The notes beneath the pieces are model-generated. The model was not told the DNA's origin. It ran no database searches and saw nothing but the letters and a program-made list of their open reading frames with translations. A stretch of 37,133 bases of DNA, taken from a virus (Duplodnaviria; Heunggongvirae; Uroviricota; Caudoviricetes). Each line of letters starts with the position of its first letter. The stretch's first letter is position 1. Made by a program: the position numbers and the translations under genes. Positions 8,988 to 18,745 of this stretch are shown here, in pieces. Where the stretch lies: the IMG/VR virus record IMGVR_UViG_2740892210_000013. One strand, given 5' to 3'.

Positions 8988-9947
8988 ATGAAAATTTGTA
9001 TCGACGACGGCTCCACCAACATCAAGCTGGCATGGACTGAGAATGGCGAACGCCGCAACGCCATCAGCCCGAACAGCTTCAAGTCGGAATGGTCTGCGCC
9101 GTTCGGTGGCATGCAGCCCGCGAACTACATGCTTGATGGCGTGCGCTATGGTTTTGATCCGGTCAGCGATCGCTTTGTCCAGACGACCGACACGCAATAC
9201 CAGTACAGCGATGTGAATGTAATCGCCATTCATCACGCGCTGGTCAAATCAGGCATCACGCCACAGGAGGTGGATGTGGTTGTCACCCTGCCACTGAGCG
9301 AGTATTTCGACACAAACGCACAGCCGGACATGGCCAACATCAACCGCAAAAAAGCGAACGTTATGCGCCCGGTGGAGTACCAGAACGGCGAAGCATTCAC
9401 TATCCGTAACGTGCGGGTTATGCCTGAATCCATTCCGGCTGGCTTTAAAGCACTGGCTGACATGAGTCCGTTTGAATCCCTGCTGATTGTGGATTTAGGC
9501 GGAACCACGCTGGATGTGGCAAAGGTTCAGGGGCAACTGGCAGGTATCAGCCAGGTGTTTTGCGATCCACACGTAGGCGTCTCCCTGATGGCCGGTGCCG
9601 TGCTGTCGGTGATGGCCGCTAACGGTATGCGTACCAGTCACCACATCGCCAATACCATTATCGAACATCGCCATGATGAAGCCTGGTTGCGCCAACACAT
9701 CCACAATGACGCGCATTACGCCAGCCTGATGGCGGTTATTCGTGAAAAGGAAGAAACACTGAAACAACGCGTGATCCGCGCGCTGGCGGGTTTTTCGGGT
9801 TACGGGCGGGTGATGGTTGTCGGTGGCGGGGCGGAGATTGTGGCACCCGCTATCCGCGAAGCCTGCGGAGTTAATGCGACTTTCATCGCGGACGGGGTGC
9901 CACAGTTTGCTCTGGTTAATGGGCTGTACGCAATGGACAAGGAGTAA
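8988..9947 (+). CDS. parM: ParM/StbA-like actin-type segregation ATPase
   Basis: N-terminus MKICIDDGSTNIKLAW, ISPNSFK and QYSDVNVIAIHHALVKSG closely match what I recall of plasmid R1 ParM; 319 aa. Confidence 0.8.
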   Translation: MKICIDDGSTNIKLAWTENGERRNAISPNSFKSEWSAPFGGMQPANYMLDGVRYGFDPVSDRFVQTTDTQYQYSDVNVIAIHHALVKSGITPQEVDVVVTLPLSEYFDTNAQPDMANINRKKANVMRPVEYQNGEAFTIRNVRVMPESIPAGFKALADMSPFESLLIVDLGGTTLDVAKVQGQLAGISQVFCDPHVGVSLMAGAVLSVMAANGMRTSHHIANTIIEHRHDEAWLRQHIHNDAHYASLMAVIREKEETLKQRVIRALAGFSGYGRVMVVGGGAEIVAPAIREACGVNATFIADGVPQFALVNGLYAMDKE

Positions 9948-9951
9948 ACCA

Positions 9952-10266
9952 ATGACGACACCAACCAGACGGATAAGTTTCTATCTGAAGCCAGTCGCCG
10001 TCAATAGTGAACGGGAGGCGTGTAATTACCTCGACAGCCTGCCAGCCTCTGAACGCAGCCGCGCGCAACGCGCGGCCTTTCTGGCCGGGCTGGCACTCAT
10101 AAAACGCGATCCTGCATTTGCCTATTGGTTGGCCGAATGGCCGGAAGAAGGAGCTGCGCCAGCCAAGAATAATATTCAGAGTAAATATGCCAGCACACCT
10201 GCCACCGGAAGCAATCACAGCACTAGCGAGATAAGAAAGAACATTCAGTCATTTTTCCCAGAGTGA
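9952..10266 (+). CDS. parR: ParR/StbB-like centromere-binding adaptor
   Basis: Internal ATG of ORF 9817..10266, 4 nt after the parM stop; RRISFYLKP... and DSLPASERSRAQRAAFLAGLALIKRDP resemble R1 ParR as I recall it. Confidence 0.6.
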   Translation: MTTPTRRISFYLKPVAVNSEREACNYLDSLPASERSRAQRAAFLAGLALIKRDPAFAYWLAEWPEEGAAPAKNNIQSKYASTPATGSNHSTSEIRKNIQSFFPE

Positions 10267-10285
10267 AAACAGGAGAGGAGCATCT

Positions 10286-10747
10286 ATGGCAACTATCCCC
10301 AAAAAATGGTTACAACGCAAAATTGCAGACCTTGAATCGTGTCGTGAAGACATCCCGTTTGGCCTTGATGAAAACGATCACAATATGTTAATCGCACTGA
10401 AAATCGCACTCACATCGCTGGAAGCAGAGGCAGTTATGTTCTGTATATCAGGACAAAATGTAGATTCAGAAGAACATGTATCAACCAGCAAAGCGGTTGT
10501 TGATGCCTGGGTTGAAGAATGGAATCAGGTTGACGGAAGTCCTGGCGAACCACTGTACAAAACTATGCCACTCTACTATCACGCTGCCTTGCCAGCGCCG
10601 GTAGTGCCGGAAGAAGCAACTCCGGAAAACGTAGAAATGCTCTCTGGCTATGTTTCCACATACAAATTAACCGATAGCGAGCGCGATATTGCTGCCGAAA
10701 TATGGAACGCCTGCCGCGCCGCTATGCTTCATGGGAAAGGAGAGTGA
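10286..10747 (+). CDS. Hypothetical, strongly acidic protein (153 aa)
   Basis: ORF with GGAG RBS; high Asp/Glu content; same operon as parMR. Confidence 0.5.
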   Translation: MATIPKKWLQRKIADLESCREDIPFGLDENDHNMLIALKIALTSLEAEAVMFCISGQNVDSEEHVSTSKAVVDAWVEEWNQVDGSPGEPLYKTMPLYYHAALPAPVVPEEATPENVEMLSGYVSTYKLTDSERDIAAEIWNACRAAMLHGKGE

Positions 10748-10748
10748 T

Positions 10749-11012
10749 ATGGCAACTTTAACAAAAAAAGAACGGGCATGGTTGAACGAATTACAGGACG
10801 TTCTTGATCGCTGCCCATCACCGAAAAAAATTGGTTTTTACACCATTGGCGATAAAAGCATTTACCTGTATGACCTGCGCCGCATGGATGAAATCATGGA
10901 GGCTCTTGATAATCGTTCGTCAATGGATTGGTGTGTTGCTGTCCATGATATGAATGCAGGGTTTGATGAAAAGATTTTGTTCCCCTCATCAGTTGAAAGC
11001 ACAGCAGGATAA
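10749..11012 (+). CDS. Hypothetical protein (87 aa)
   Basis: Internal ATG (MATLTKKERAW...) 1 nt after the upstream stop; followed by a terminator. Confidence 0.5.
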   Translation: MATLTKKERAWLNELQDVLDRCPSPKKIGFYTIGDKSIYLYDLRRMDEIMEALDNRSSMDWCVAVHDMNAGFDEKILFPSSVESTAG

Positions 11013-11046
11013 GGACCCAGCCAATATACACAACCTATAAAACACT

Positions 11047-11073
11047 AAAGCGCCTCAGGGGCGCTTTTTGTTT
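11047..11073 (+). terminator. Intrinsic terminator (AAAGCGCC-TCAGG-GGCGC + T-run) ending the parMR operon
   Basis: GC stem-loop followed by TTTTTGTTT, read directly. Confidence 0.6.
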
Positions 11074-11523
11074 GCACAAAAGTGCACAAATTTGCACAAT
11101 TTTTTTGAACGACTTTTTACCCTTCCGGCCCGCATGGCGGCTGGATCCGTCAAGGATCCGTGCGTGCACAAAAAAACGCGCTTTTTCTACGCGCAGGTGA
11201 CGGGGGAACAGCCCGCGTTTCAGGGGGTAAATAGCATTCCCTGAACGATGTCGCAGAGATACAACAGAATGGCTGTATTTCTCACGCTGAGCGTGAAAAA
11301 GACGTGAGGGCTTTTGATTTGATGGGGTGAAAGGTAAGGCCGTCAAAATCGCACTGAGACGGCGAGAACATGCAGTCAACGCGGTGGGATTGCGTAAGAG
11401 TCTGGCTGTCGATGATGGCAATAAGCAGGAAAGCGTCGTGAAATTATCTGATTGATACAGGAGCTGGAGAGTCGGGGCATAAATTTTTTATGCCCCGGCG
11501 AAGCAGCAGACAAGCGAAGCGCG

Positions 11524-12570
11524 TCAGGATGTGGGCTGGGTGTCCAGCAGTGCATAAGGGTTAAAGCGGATCACCTCTTCGCCAAGCCAGTCATTGATGT
11601 GCTTCATGGCCTCCATGACGGGCATCAGCTCGTTAATTGCGTAAACCCGCGCGGCCTTCTCCACATCACCAAACGCACTTTTTTCGCCCGGCATCGCCCC
11701 CATCAGTTGCGGCGGAACGCGGTGCGCAGCCAGCACATCATCACGGGATGCCGCCTTAACATTCATGAACTCATCCTTTGCGGTGATCTGCTGGAACGGC
11801 AAAATTTGCACCCCCTCTTTGCCCCCGTTGGGCGCATGGATGAGCACGTTTTTAAACGCACCACCACCACGCGCACCCTGTAGCGTTTCTTTCAGGGAGT
11901 CCATGCTTTCGCGGTTTACCTGCGCTGCACCGATGTAGATGATGCACCCGGCGTGGGATCCATTGTCGTAATACAGTTTTCTGAACATGTCCGCCGAATG
12001 AGACAGGCTGGCCGAGAGTAATGCGCCAAGATATTCCGGCATGCCGTAAATTTCCTGGTTAATGTCAGGATTCATCAGGTGGCACACTTTGCCAGGGCGA
12101 AACTGAAACGCGTCCTTGCCATCCTGCACATACCACCATGATTCAAGATCGCTTCCGCGTCGCATGTATTTCGCCAGGGCGTGCCGTAATTTAAGCGGTT
12201 CGCCGAGCATATTGCTTCGAAGCTCAAGGAATGCGTTACCGAACACAAACCAGTCCAGCGCCAGCGCCGAGAAATCCTGCCGGGAAAGCAGCGGGTGCGG
12301 AATATAGCAGCCGAGCAATACATTGCGCTTAAAGTAAAGCGCAGACTGATGCCAGGACGTTTGCCGGGCAGCTCTTGCCAGACCGTACCAGTCCACCGGG
12401 GTTTCGTACCACCGCCCGTTATCAGCACAGTACATATTGTCCAGCAGGTCATGCCCGGTCAGGCGATAAGGACCATCAAATGTGAATGCACTGAGCGATG
12501 ATTCTTTCCTGAGCGCATCAGCGAGATCAATGCGTGAACTCATGCGCACTTTTTTATTTTTTCTGCTCAT
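11524..12570 (-). CDS. Q: Portal (capsid) protein gpQ
   Basis: 348 aa, close to P2 Q size; located downstream of the large terminase on the same strand, overlapping its stop by 1 nt. Confidence 0.85.
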   Translation of the reverse strand: MSRKNKKVRMSSRIDLADALRKESSLSAFTFDGPYRLTGHDLLDNMYCADNGRWYETPVDWYGLARAARQTSWHQSALYFKRNVLLGCYIPHPLLSRQDFSALALDWFVFGNAFLELRSNMLGEPLKLRHALAKYMRRGSDLESWWYVQDGKDAFQFRPGKVCHLMNPDINQEIYGMPEYLGALLSASLSHSADMFRKLYYDNGSHAGCIIYIGAAQVNRESMDSLKETLQGARGGGAFKNVLIHAPNGGKEGVQILPFQQITAKDEFMNVKAASRDDVLAAHRVPPQLMGAMPGEKSAFGDVEKAARVYAINELMPVMEAMKHINDWLGEEVIRFNPYALLDTQPTS

Positions 12571-14321
12571 CAGAACTCCATAACCGTGAAACGCTCGTTT
12601 TCTCCTTCGCCGCCAATCGGTTCGTTAATGACAGCAAGCATGGTTGCCCACGCAAGGTCGCCGTGGCTGATCCCCCTCGCTCGGTCCGTTTCGTAAGTGA
12701 TAAAGCCGCCCGGTGTTTTCACCTTACGCACGGCGTTAAAGGCCGCGACCAGCTCGCGTTCGGCGCGATCGTATTCCCACCGCCCGGCACGCATTATTTG
12801 CAGCATTTTCAGTACCAGCGACCGTTTTGATGACAGCGTGAAGGTGTACGGAATAGCAGCAGGGAAAAACCGTTTCACTATCTGATAAACAGCCTCCCCG
12901 TTCCCGCCCGTCACATCAATGCCGATGTGTTCCACGTTGTAGCGATACGTGAACTCTTCAATGACTCTGGCCTGTTCTTCAAACTCCAGCCCCTGAACGC
13001 GTCGCGTCTCCACCGTTCGAAAACGGCCACCAGGAACAGCCGGAGGAACCACCACGGACACAGCGCCGCTGTCGCCGTTGCCACTGCTGCCGTTTGCGTC
13101 ATACCCAATCCATACTGGACGATTCCCCATCGGGCGGGGAGCAAAAGGTTTCCAGTCTTTCCAGTCGTCGTATCCGTCAACACCGCAGCCAATCAGGATA
13201 TTCAGGTTAAATGCCGATTCCCCTTCGCGGACAAACTCACACATATAGAGATTGAGGAACTCGTCTTCGGTGTTTTCATCACGAATTTCGTCGATATCGG
13301 TGTGTTTCCAGCCGTGATTGACCACATCTTCCAGCGTGACAATTTGCCGCCATGTCCGGTCAGGGCAGATAAGCCCGTTATGCAGCGTTTTCCAGTCCAC
13401 AGAAAAACGCTGGCGTTTATGCGAGGCCTTTTTCTCGTTCCAGCGGTCGCCGTTCCAGTAGGCGTATGCCTCGTGCGTTTCGGTGGATGGCGTGGAGAAG
13501 TAGGTGCGCCGCAATCCGCTGAGGGTTGCCATAGCGCCAGCCACCTTGCGCAGTTCAGCAAAGCGACTGACCCAGAAAAATTCATCAAAATAAAAATTGC
13601 CCGTATAGGACTGTGCCGACGCAGCAGAAGTGCCGAGAAAATGCAGCTCTGCGCCGTTGGAGAGGATGATTTTATCGCCCCCTTTCAGCTCCACATCAAC
13701 TTCAGCCGCGGCCTTCTGAATAATGCTTTTAAACTGGAACGCCTGACGACGCGACGCAGACAAAAAAATCTGGTTACGCTGGTAAGGTTGCGCCACATCG
13801 TCACGCAGCGCCATCAGCAGTGCTTCCTGTGCAAAATACCAGGTCGCCCCAATCTGTCGGGATTTCAGGATCATCCTGTTACGTATCCCGGCTTCCCTGC
13901 AAAGAGTCAGGGAGTCAAACCAGCCCCGCTGATGCCACTCCAGCCTGCTGATGATTTTTTCCCGCAGTGCAGCAATCTGTTCCGGCGTGAAATGATTTTT
14001 AAGTTTTTTCGCCCGGCCTTTCTTTCCTGTGGCCGTCGCATCTGGCTGGCCATCATGCAGTTTTTTAAGCTGCCGGGTCAGCAGGTCTATTTCCTTGAAG
14101 TCACCACCTGTTTTATTCTGTTTTTCAGTAAGCTGGATGAGGCGCGCATCGATGGACTGCGTGACACGCTGCACGGGTGGCGTTTCATCCCACTGGTCGC
14201 GTTTTTTCCACGCATAAATCGTGTTCGGGTTTATTCCCATCAGACGTGAGATTTCTGCGGGCGGATAACCCTGCCAGTAAAGTTGCCGCGCACGCTGGCG
14301 CACAAAAGCGTCCTGAATCAT
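12570..14321 (-). CDS. P: Terminase large (ATPase) subunit gpP
   Basis: 583 aa; P2 P-like N-terminus (MIQDAFVRQRARQLYWQGY...); divergent from the O-N-M-L operon as in P2. Confidence 0.9.
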   Translation of the reverse strand: MIQDAFVRQRARQLYWQGYPPAEISRLMGINPNTIYAWKKRDQWDETPPVQRVTQSIDARLIQLTEKQNKTGGDFKEIDLLTRQLKKLHDGQPDATATGKKGRAKKLKNHFTPEQIAALREKIISRLEWHQRGWFDSLTLCREAGIRNRMILKSRQIGATWYFAQEALLMALRDDVAQPYQRNQIFLSASRRQAFQFKSIIQKAAAEVDVELKGGDKIILSNGAELHFLGTSAASAQSYTGNFYFDEFFWVSRFAELRKVAGAMATLSGLRRTYFSTPSTETHEAYAYWNGDRWNEKKASHKRQRFSVDWKTLHNGLICPDRTWRQIVTLEDVVNHGWKHTDIDEIRDENTEDEFLNLYMCEFVREGESAFNLNILIGCGVDGYDDWKDWKPFAPRPMGNRPVWIGYDANGSSGNGDSGAVSVVVPPAVPGGRFRTVETRRVQGLEFEEQARVIEEFTYRYNVEHIGIDVTGGNGEAVYQIVKRFFPAAIPYTFTLSSKRSLVLKMLQIMRAGRWEYDRAERELVAAFNAVRKVKTPGGFITYETDRARGISHGDLAWATMLAVINEPIGGEGENERFTVMEF

Positions 14322-14475
14322 TGCTCCCCCTGAGTAATTACAGGAAGATTACCCGCGCGCGAAACCGTTCTCCTTAACCCCCTGTTCTGGCCGTTTTCTT
14401 ACAACAAAAGCCCTTTGTATCAGCCTGTTACGCTTTGCCATCATGACTGAAGAACCAGTCAGAGGGGCAAAAACT

Positions 14476-15312
14476 ATGGCTAATGAAAAAAAGACATCCC
14501 GCAAAAAGTTTCGCGTGGCTGTCTCCGGATCAACTGTTGATGGCCGCGAAATCAGTCCGGTGCATCTGCGTGAAGCCGCCGAGAACTTCAACCCGGATGT
14601 TTACGCCGCCCGCGTGAACGTTGAGCACTATCTCTCGCCATGCCCGTCAAGCGAATTTTCCGCAATGGGCGATGTCACCGCGCTGAGTACGGAAGACATT
14701 ACGGAAGGTCCGCTGGCCGGACGTACTGCGCTGTATGCAGAAATCGAACCGACCGAGCGCATGAAGCAGCTTGTCGCGGACGGCAAGAAAATCTATTCCA
14801 GTATCGAATTGCACCCGCAGTTCTCCGTTAACGGGCGCGCCTATCTGGTCGGGCTGGCGATGACCGACACCCCGGCAAGCCTGGGCACTGAACGCCTGAA
14901 ATTCACGGCACAGCAACGTCAGGCGGTGATGACGTTCAACAGTGTCCAGGGTGAAGCACCGCTTATCTCCGAAGCCATCGAGTCTGAAATCATCGAAATG
15001 GCAGAACAACGCCAGGAAGAAGGCACCCAGTGGTTTAACCGCGTAATGGGGATTATTGGCCGTGGCCGCAAAGCGGATGACGCCAGTTTCTCCCGTATTC
15101 AGGAAGCGGTGGAAGGCGTCGCAACGTCACAGGCCGACATTATCGACCGTTTTAATGCGCTGGAAACCCGCCATCAGCAGGACAGCCAGAAAATCACTTT
15201 ACTGACCACAGAGCTGACAGCACTGAAGGAAAAACTGCGCACGCAGGACGGCGATCCGCAGAACCGGTTCACCGCAACGGGCGCAGCCTCCGATCAACTG
15301 GCTGACTTCTGA
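14476..15312 (+). CDS. O: Capsid scaffolding protein gpO
   Basis: Start MANEKKTSRKKFRVAVSGSTVDGREI... with GAGGGG RBS; matches the P2 O N-terminal pattern; the ORF track begins 33 nt earlier. Confidence 0.85.
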   Translation: MANEKKTSRKKFRVAVSGSTVDGREISPVHLREAAENFNPDVYAARVNVEHYLSPCPSSEFSAMGDVTALSTEDITEGPLAGRTALYAEIEPTERMKQLVADGKKIYSSIELHPQFSVNGRAYLVGLAMTDTPASLGTERLKFTAQQRQAVMTFNSVQGEAPLISEAIESEIIEMAEQRQEEGTQWFNRVMGIIGRGRKADDASFSRIQEAVEGVATSQADIIDRFNALETRHQQDSQKITLLTTELTALKEKLRTQDGDPQNRFTATGAASDQLADF

Positions 15313-15335
15313 TAAGACAAAGGAGCAAATTTTTT

Positions 15336-16388
15336 ATGAATCTGGTGATGTCAGATATTACCCGCAACAAGCTGGGTTGCTATATGGCGCAGCAGGCGTC
15401 GCTTAACAATATCCCGGTTTCCGCACTGGTATCGCGATTTACCGTGGAACCCGCGGTGCAGCAACGTTTTGAAAACGCCTCAAAGGAAAGTACCGAATTT
15501 ACGAAAAGAATTAACGTGATCGGCGTGACCGACCAGAAAGGCGAAAAAATCCTCCCGGACACCACCGGGCCAATTGCGCGCACGAATAGCAGTTATGACG
15601 GCATCAAACGCCGTAACCCGAATAACGTGATCGATATGAAGTCTCGTCAGTACCAGTGCGAACAGGTGAACTACGATACCTTTATTTCGTACCCACAGCT
15701 TGATACCTGGGCGGCCCACAGCGATTTTCAGTCCCGTATCAGTACACAGATCGCCCGGCAGGTAGCGCTTGATCGCATCATGATTGGCTTTAACGGCACA
15801 TCCCACGCCTACGAGTCTGATTTTCACACCAACAAGCTGCTTCAGGACGTAAACGTGGGCTGGCTGGAGCACATCAGAACCGATGCCAGCGAGCGCGTAA
15901 TGAATGACGTGACGCTGACCTCCCGCAACATGGACAACACTGTGGCGCACGCGGGTAAGTATGCGAATGCCGATGCTCTGGTACAGGATGCGCGCTCATC
16001 CCTGCTGGATGAATGGCACAAGGAAGCTGACGACCTCGTGGTGATTATGGGGCGCAACCTGTTTAACTCGCTGCGTCTGCCCGTGCTGAACAGCATCAGC
16101 GGCCAGAATCCCAATGCGGAATTACTTGCCGGGCAGCTCATCCTGTCATCGCGCACCATTGGCGGGCTGGGCGTGTTCCTTGCGCCGTTCTTCCCGGATG
16201 CAACGATGCTTATCACCTCGTTCAACAACCTGTCGATTTACTGGCAGAAAGGTTCAATGCGTCGCCTGATGAAAGACGAGCCGGAATACAACCGCATCGC
16301 CACCTACCAGTCCATCAATGACGCTTATGTCGTTGAAGACTATGGCAAGTGCGCGATGATCACTGGCCTGAAGTTCGCCGACAGCTAA
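15336..16388 (+). CDS. N: Major capsid protein gpN
   Basis: 350 aa; follows the scaffold gene; P2 N-like size and order. Confidence 0.85.
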   Translation: MNLVMSDITRNKLGCYMAQQASLNNIPVSALVSRFTVEPAVQQRFENASKESTEFTKRINVIGVTDQKGEKILPDTTGPIARTNSSYDGIKRRNPNNVIDMKSRQYQCEQVNYDTFISYPQLDTWAAHSDFQSRISTQIARQVALDRIMIGFNGTSHAYESDFHTNKLLQDVNVGWLEHIRTDASERVMNDVTLTSRNMDNTVAHAGKYANADALVQDARSSLLDEWHKEADDLVVIMGRNLFNSLRLPVLNSISGQNPNAELLAGQLILSSRTIGGLGVFLAPFFPDATMLITSFNNLSIYWQKGSMRRLMKDEPEYNRIATYQSINDAYVVEDYGKCAMITGLKFADS

Positions 16389-16433
16389 TCAACTCACGGC
16401 GGGCATCATGCCCGCCTGTAACGGAGAGAAAAA

Positions 16434-17234
16434 ATGATTACTCCTGCACAACAACACTGGCAGAACGTGATGGCACAGCGCGCAGGCCGGGCGAATGAAG
16501 GTGTGGACCACGCCGCGCGTACCGCGCATGAAGAGGTGCTGTATCGTCTGCGTCTGGCACAGGCCAGGCTAAAGGGCGTACAGGCCAGAAGCGCGAAAGC
16601 CGCCATCAAAAAAGAGTTGTTGCCGGACTTTTCCGGCTGGATTGAGGGAACGCTGGAGACTGACGGCGGGCAACAGGACGAAGTAATTGCCACGCTGATG
16701 GTGTGGGCGATTGACTGCGGCGATCTTCCGCTGGCGCTGCGTATTGGTGCATATGTGGTCCGTCACAACCTCATCATGCCGGATAACTTTGGCCGTACTG
16801 CTGCCACGGTACTGACCGAAGAAATCTGCAACCCGGTACTGACGCAGGCCGGGACGGATGCCGACGCGGATTTATCCGCCTTTATCGAACCACTGGACAC
16901 ACTTTGGGAAATTGTCGCCAACCAGGACATGCCGGACGAAGTGCGCGCCAAATTATGCAAGGCGTGTGCCTTTGCCCGTCGTGGCCTGACCGATGCAGAC
17001 AACATGGCCTCATCACTGAAGCTGCTGCGCGAAGCGATGCACCTGAACCCGAACGCAGGTGTGAAACGCGAGATTGCAACCCTTTCCCGCGCCCTGAAAA
17101 AAGCCGATTCCGCAGCCGCACCAGAAGACGCCAGCGCACAGCAGACGCAGGACGAAAGCAGCAAAAGTAAAAAGACAACGCAGAAGCCTGCAACACGAAA
17201 AACCACCGCGACGCAGAAAGCAAAGCGCGGTTAA
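16434..17234 (+). CDS. M: Terminase small/endonuclease subunit gpM
   Basis: 266 aa, basic Lys/Thr-rich C-terminal tail; P2 M position. Confidence 0.8.
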   Translation: MITPAQQHWQNVMAQRAGRANEGVDHAARTAHEEVLYRLRLAQARLKGVQARSAKAAIKKELLPDFSGWIEGTLETDGGQQDEVIATLMVWAIDCGDLPLALRIGAYVVRHNLIMPDNFGRTAATVLTEEICNPVLTQAGTDADADLSAFIEPLDTLWEIVANQDMPDEVRAKLCKACAFARRGLTDADNMASSLKLLREAMHLNPNAGVKREIATLSRALKKADSAAAPEDASAQQTQDESSKSKKTTQKPATRKTTATQKAKRG

Positions 17235-17326
17235 CGACTGACCCCGTCAGCGGGCGGCGTGCGCGGTGTTCCGGTTTGACTCCGTGACCGTTTACACCGC
17301 GCACCCACCGCCCGATTTTTTCAGGA

Positions 17327-17830
17327 GTGAACCCCATGAGTATGGTTGCCAGAACTAACCCCGGCCCCGCAGAGGACGACATCACCGACACCGATGATGG
17401 CGATACCCGTATTTCAGCGGGTGCATTCTGGCCGGATATTGTGCTGCGCGAGCTGCGTCTGGCGGTACGACTGCCGGGCCGCGTGACCACCTCCCGCCTG
17501 CTGCATACCGCCACCGGGGCCATAGCACACGTTACCCGCGAGCTGGAAGCATGGCAGCAGGAACAACAGGCGGCTGGCTATCAGACGCTGGCCGATGTTC
17601 CGGCCCCTGTAATTAACGGAGAAAGCGTCAATCTCTGGCACTGGCGCAATGCTGTTTATACCGCCACACGCGCCCTGATTCTGGAGCGTTACCGCGATGC
17701 GGACACAACGGACAAGGGCGACCGCCGGGCGGACGCACTGGATATACAGACATCGGATTTGTGGCGCGATGTGAGCTGGGCCATCTCTGACATTCTGGGA
17801 CGACCGCGAATGTTTGCGGAGCTGTGCTGA
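17327..17830 (+). CDS. L: Head completion/stabilisation protein gpL
   Basis: 167 aa; P2 L size and position. Confidence 0.8.
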   Translation: MNPMSMVARTNPGPAEDDITDTDDGDTRISAGAFWPDIVLRELRLAVRLPGRVTTSRLLHTATGAIAHVTRELEAWQQEQQAAGYQTLADVPAPVINGESVNLWHWRNAVYTATRALILERYRDADTTDKGDRRADALDIQTSDLWRDVSWAISDILGRPRMFAELC

Positions 17831-18030
17831 TGAAAGTGAAGGCACTGGAAGGCGACACCGTGGATTCGCTCTGTTTCCGGTACTACGGCACGACACAGGG
17901 CGTCACCGAAAAGGTGCTGGATGCCAACCCCGGACTCTGTCAGCAGGTATTTCTGGACGCCGGGCAGGAAGTGGAGATGCCGGAGCCGGAGAAGAAGAAA
18001 CGAGAAATGATTCAGTTGTGGGGGGAGTAG
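17824..18030 (+). CDS. X: Tail protein X (LysM-like)
   Basis: 68 aa; MKVKALEGDTVDSLCFRYYG... is typical of P2 gpX. Confidence 0.8.
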   Translation: MLMKVKALEGDTVDSLCFRYYGTTQGVTEKVLDANPGLCQQVFLDAGQEVEMPEPEKKKREMIQLWGE

Positions 18031-18032
18031 CA

Positions 18033-18356
18033 GTGAGCACCATTCAAACAGGGATCACAGAGCAGGTTATTGCGTGGCTCTTTGACCACCTGCCAACGGT
18101 GTATGCAGTAGGCGCGGCGGTCAGCATTTCCGCGCTGATGAGTCTTTATGACGGACGAACACTGGTTCAGACCGTAACGGGATCGCTGGCGTGCGGCGTT
18201 CTTGCCATGGCCGTGGCCGGGTCGCTGCGCTTCTTCGGGATCCCTGAGGATGCAGTGACGTTTTTTGGTGCCTCAATCGGTTTTATGGGCGCAGAGAAAG
18301 CACGCGACAAGGTTATTGCAATATTTGATCGCAGGGTGAAGGAGAGGAACGAATGA
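18033..18356 (+). CDS. Y: Putative holin (GTG start)
   Basis: GTG at 18033 preceded by GGGGGGAG RBS; hydrophobic segments AVGAAVSISALM and LACGVLAMAVAGSL; first gene of the lysis cassette. Confidence 0.55.
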   Translation: MSTIQTGITEQVIAWLFDHLPTVYAVGAAVSISALMSLYDGRTLVQTVTGSLACGVLAMAVAGSLRFFGIPEDAVTFFGASIGFMGAEKARDKVIAIFDRRVKERNE

Positions 18357-18745
18357 GCAACACATTTAAATTCAGCAGCCGGAGCGAAAAGAATTTGCAG
18401 GGTGTAAATCCTGATCTGGTGAAAGTGACCCGACGGGCGCTGGAAATCTCGGAAGTGGATTTTGGTATCACCGAAGGATTGCGCAGTCGTTATCGTCAGA
18501 AGCAGCTCGTGACCACAGGCAAGAGCCAGACCATGAACAGTCGCCATCTCACAGGGCATGCCGTGGATGTTGTGGCTTATGTCGGCAACCAGGTGTCATG
18601 GGAATGGCCGCTGTACGAAAAAATCGCAGCAGCATTCAGACAGGCCAGCCAGGAACTGAATATTCCGGTGGAATGGGGCGGCGACTGGAAGACCCTGAAA
18701 GACGGACCGCATTTTCAGTTACCACACGGAGCCTATCCGGCATGA
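18353..18745 (+). CDS. Endolysin, peptidase M15-like (zinc L-Ala-D-Glu / D-Ala-D-Ala peptidase type), not a P2-type lysozyme
   Basis: Motifs SRHLTGHAVDV (S-x-H-x-x-G-x-A-x-D) and DGPHFQL consistent with M15 zinc ligands; 130 aa; ATGA overlap with the holin stop. Confidence 0.7.
   Translation: MSNTFKFSSRSEKNLQGVNPDLVKVTRRALEISEVDFGITEGLRSRYRQKQLVTTGKSQTMNSRHLTGHAVDVVAYVGNQVSWEWPLYEKIAAAFRQASQELNIPVEWGGDWKTLKDGPHFQLPHGAYPA

Noticed and set aside
12927-14249. 440-aa plus-strand ORF inside the large terminase gene
   Set aside because: Lies entirely antisense to the well-supported terminase (12570..14321, -); composition typical of a shadow frame.
16882-17523. 213-aa minus-strand ORF overlapping M and L
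   Set aside because: Antisense to two well-supported structural genes; Arg/Ser-rich shadow frame.
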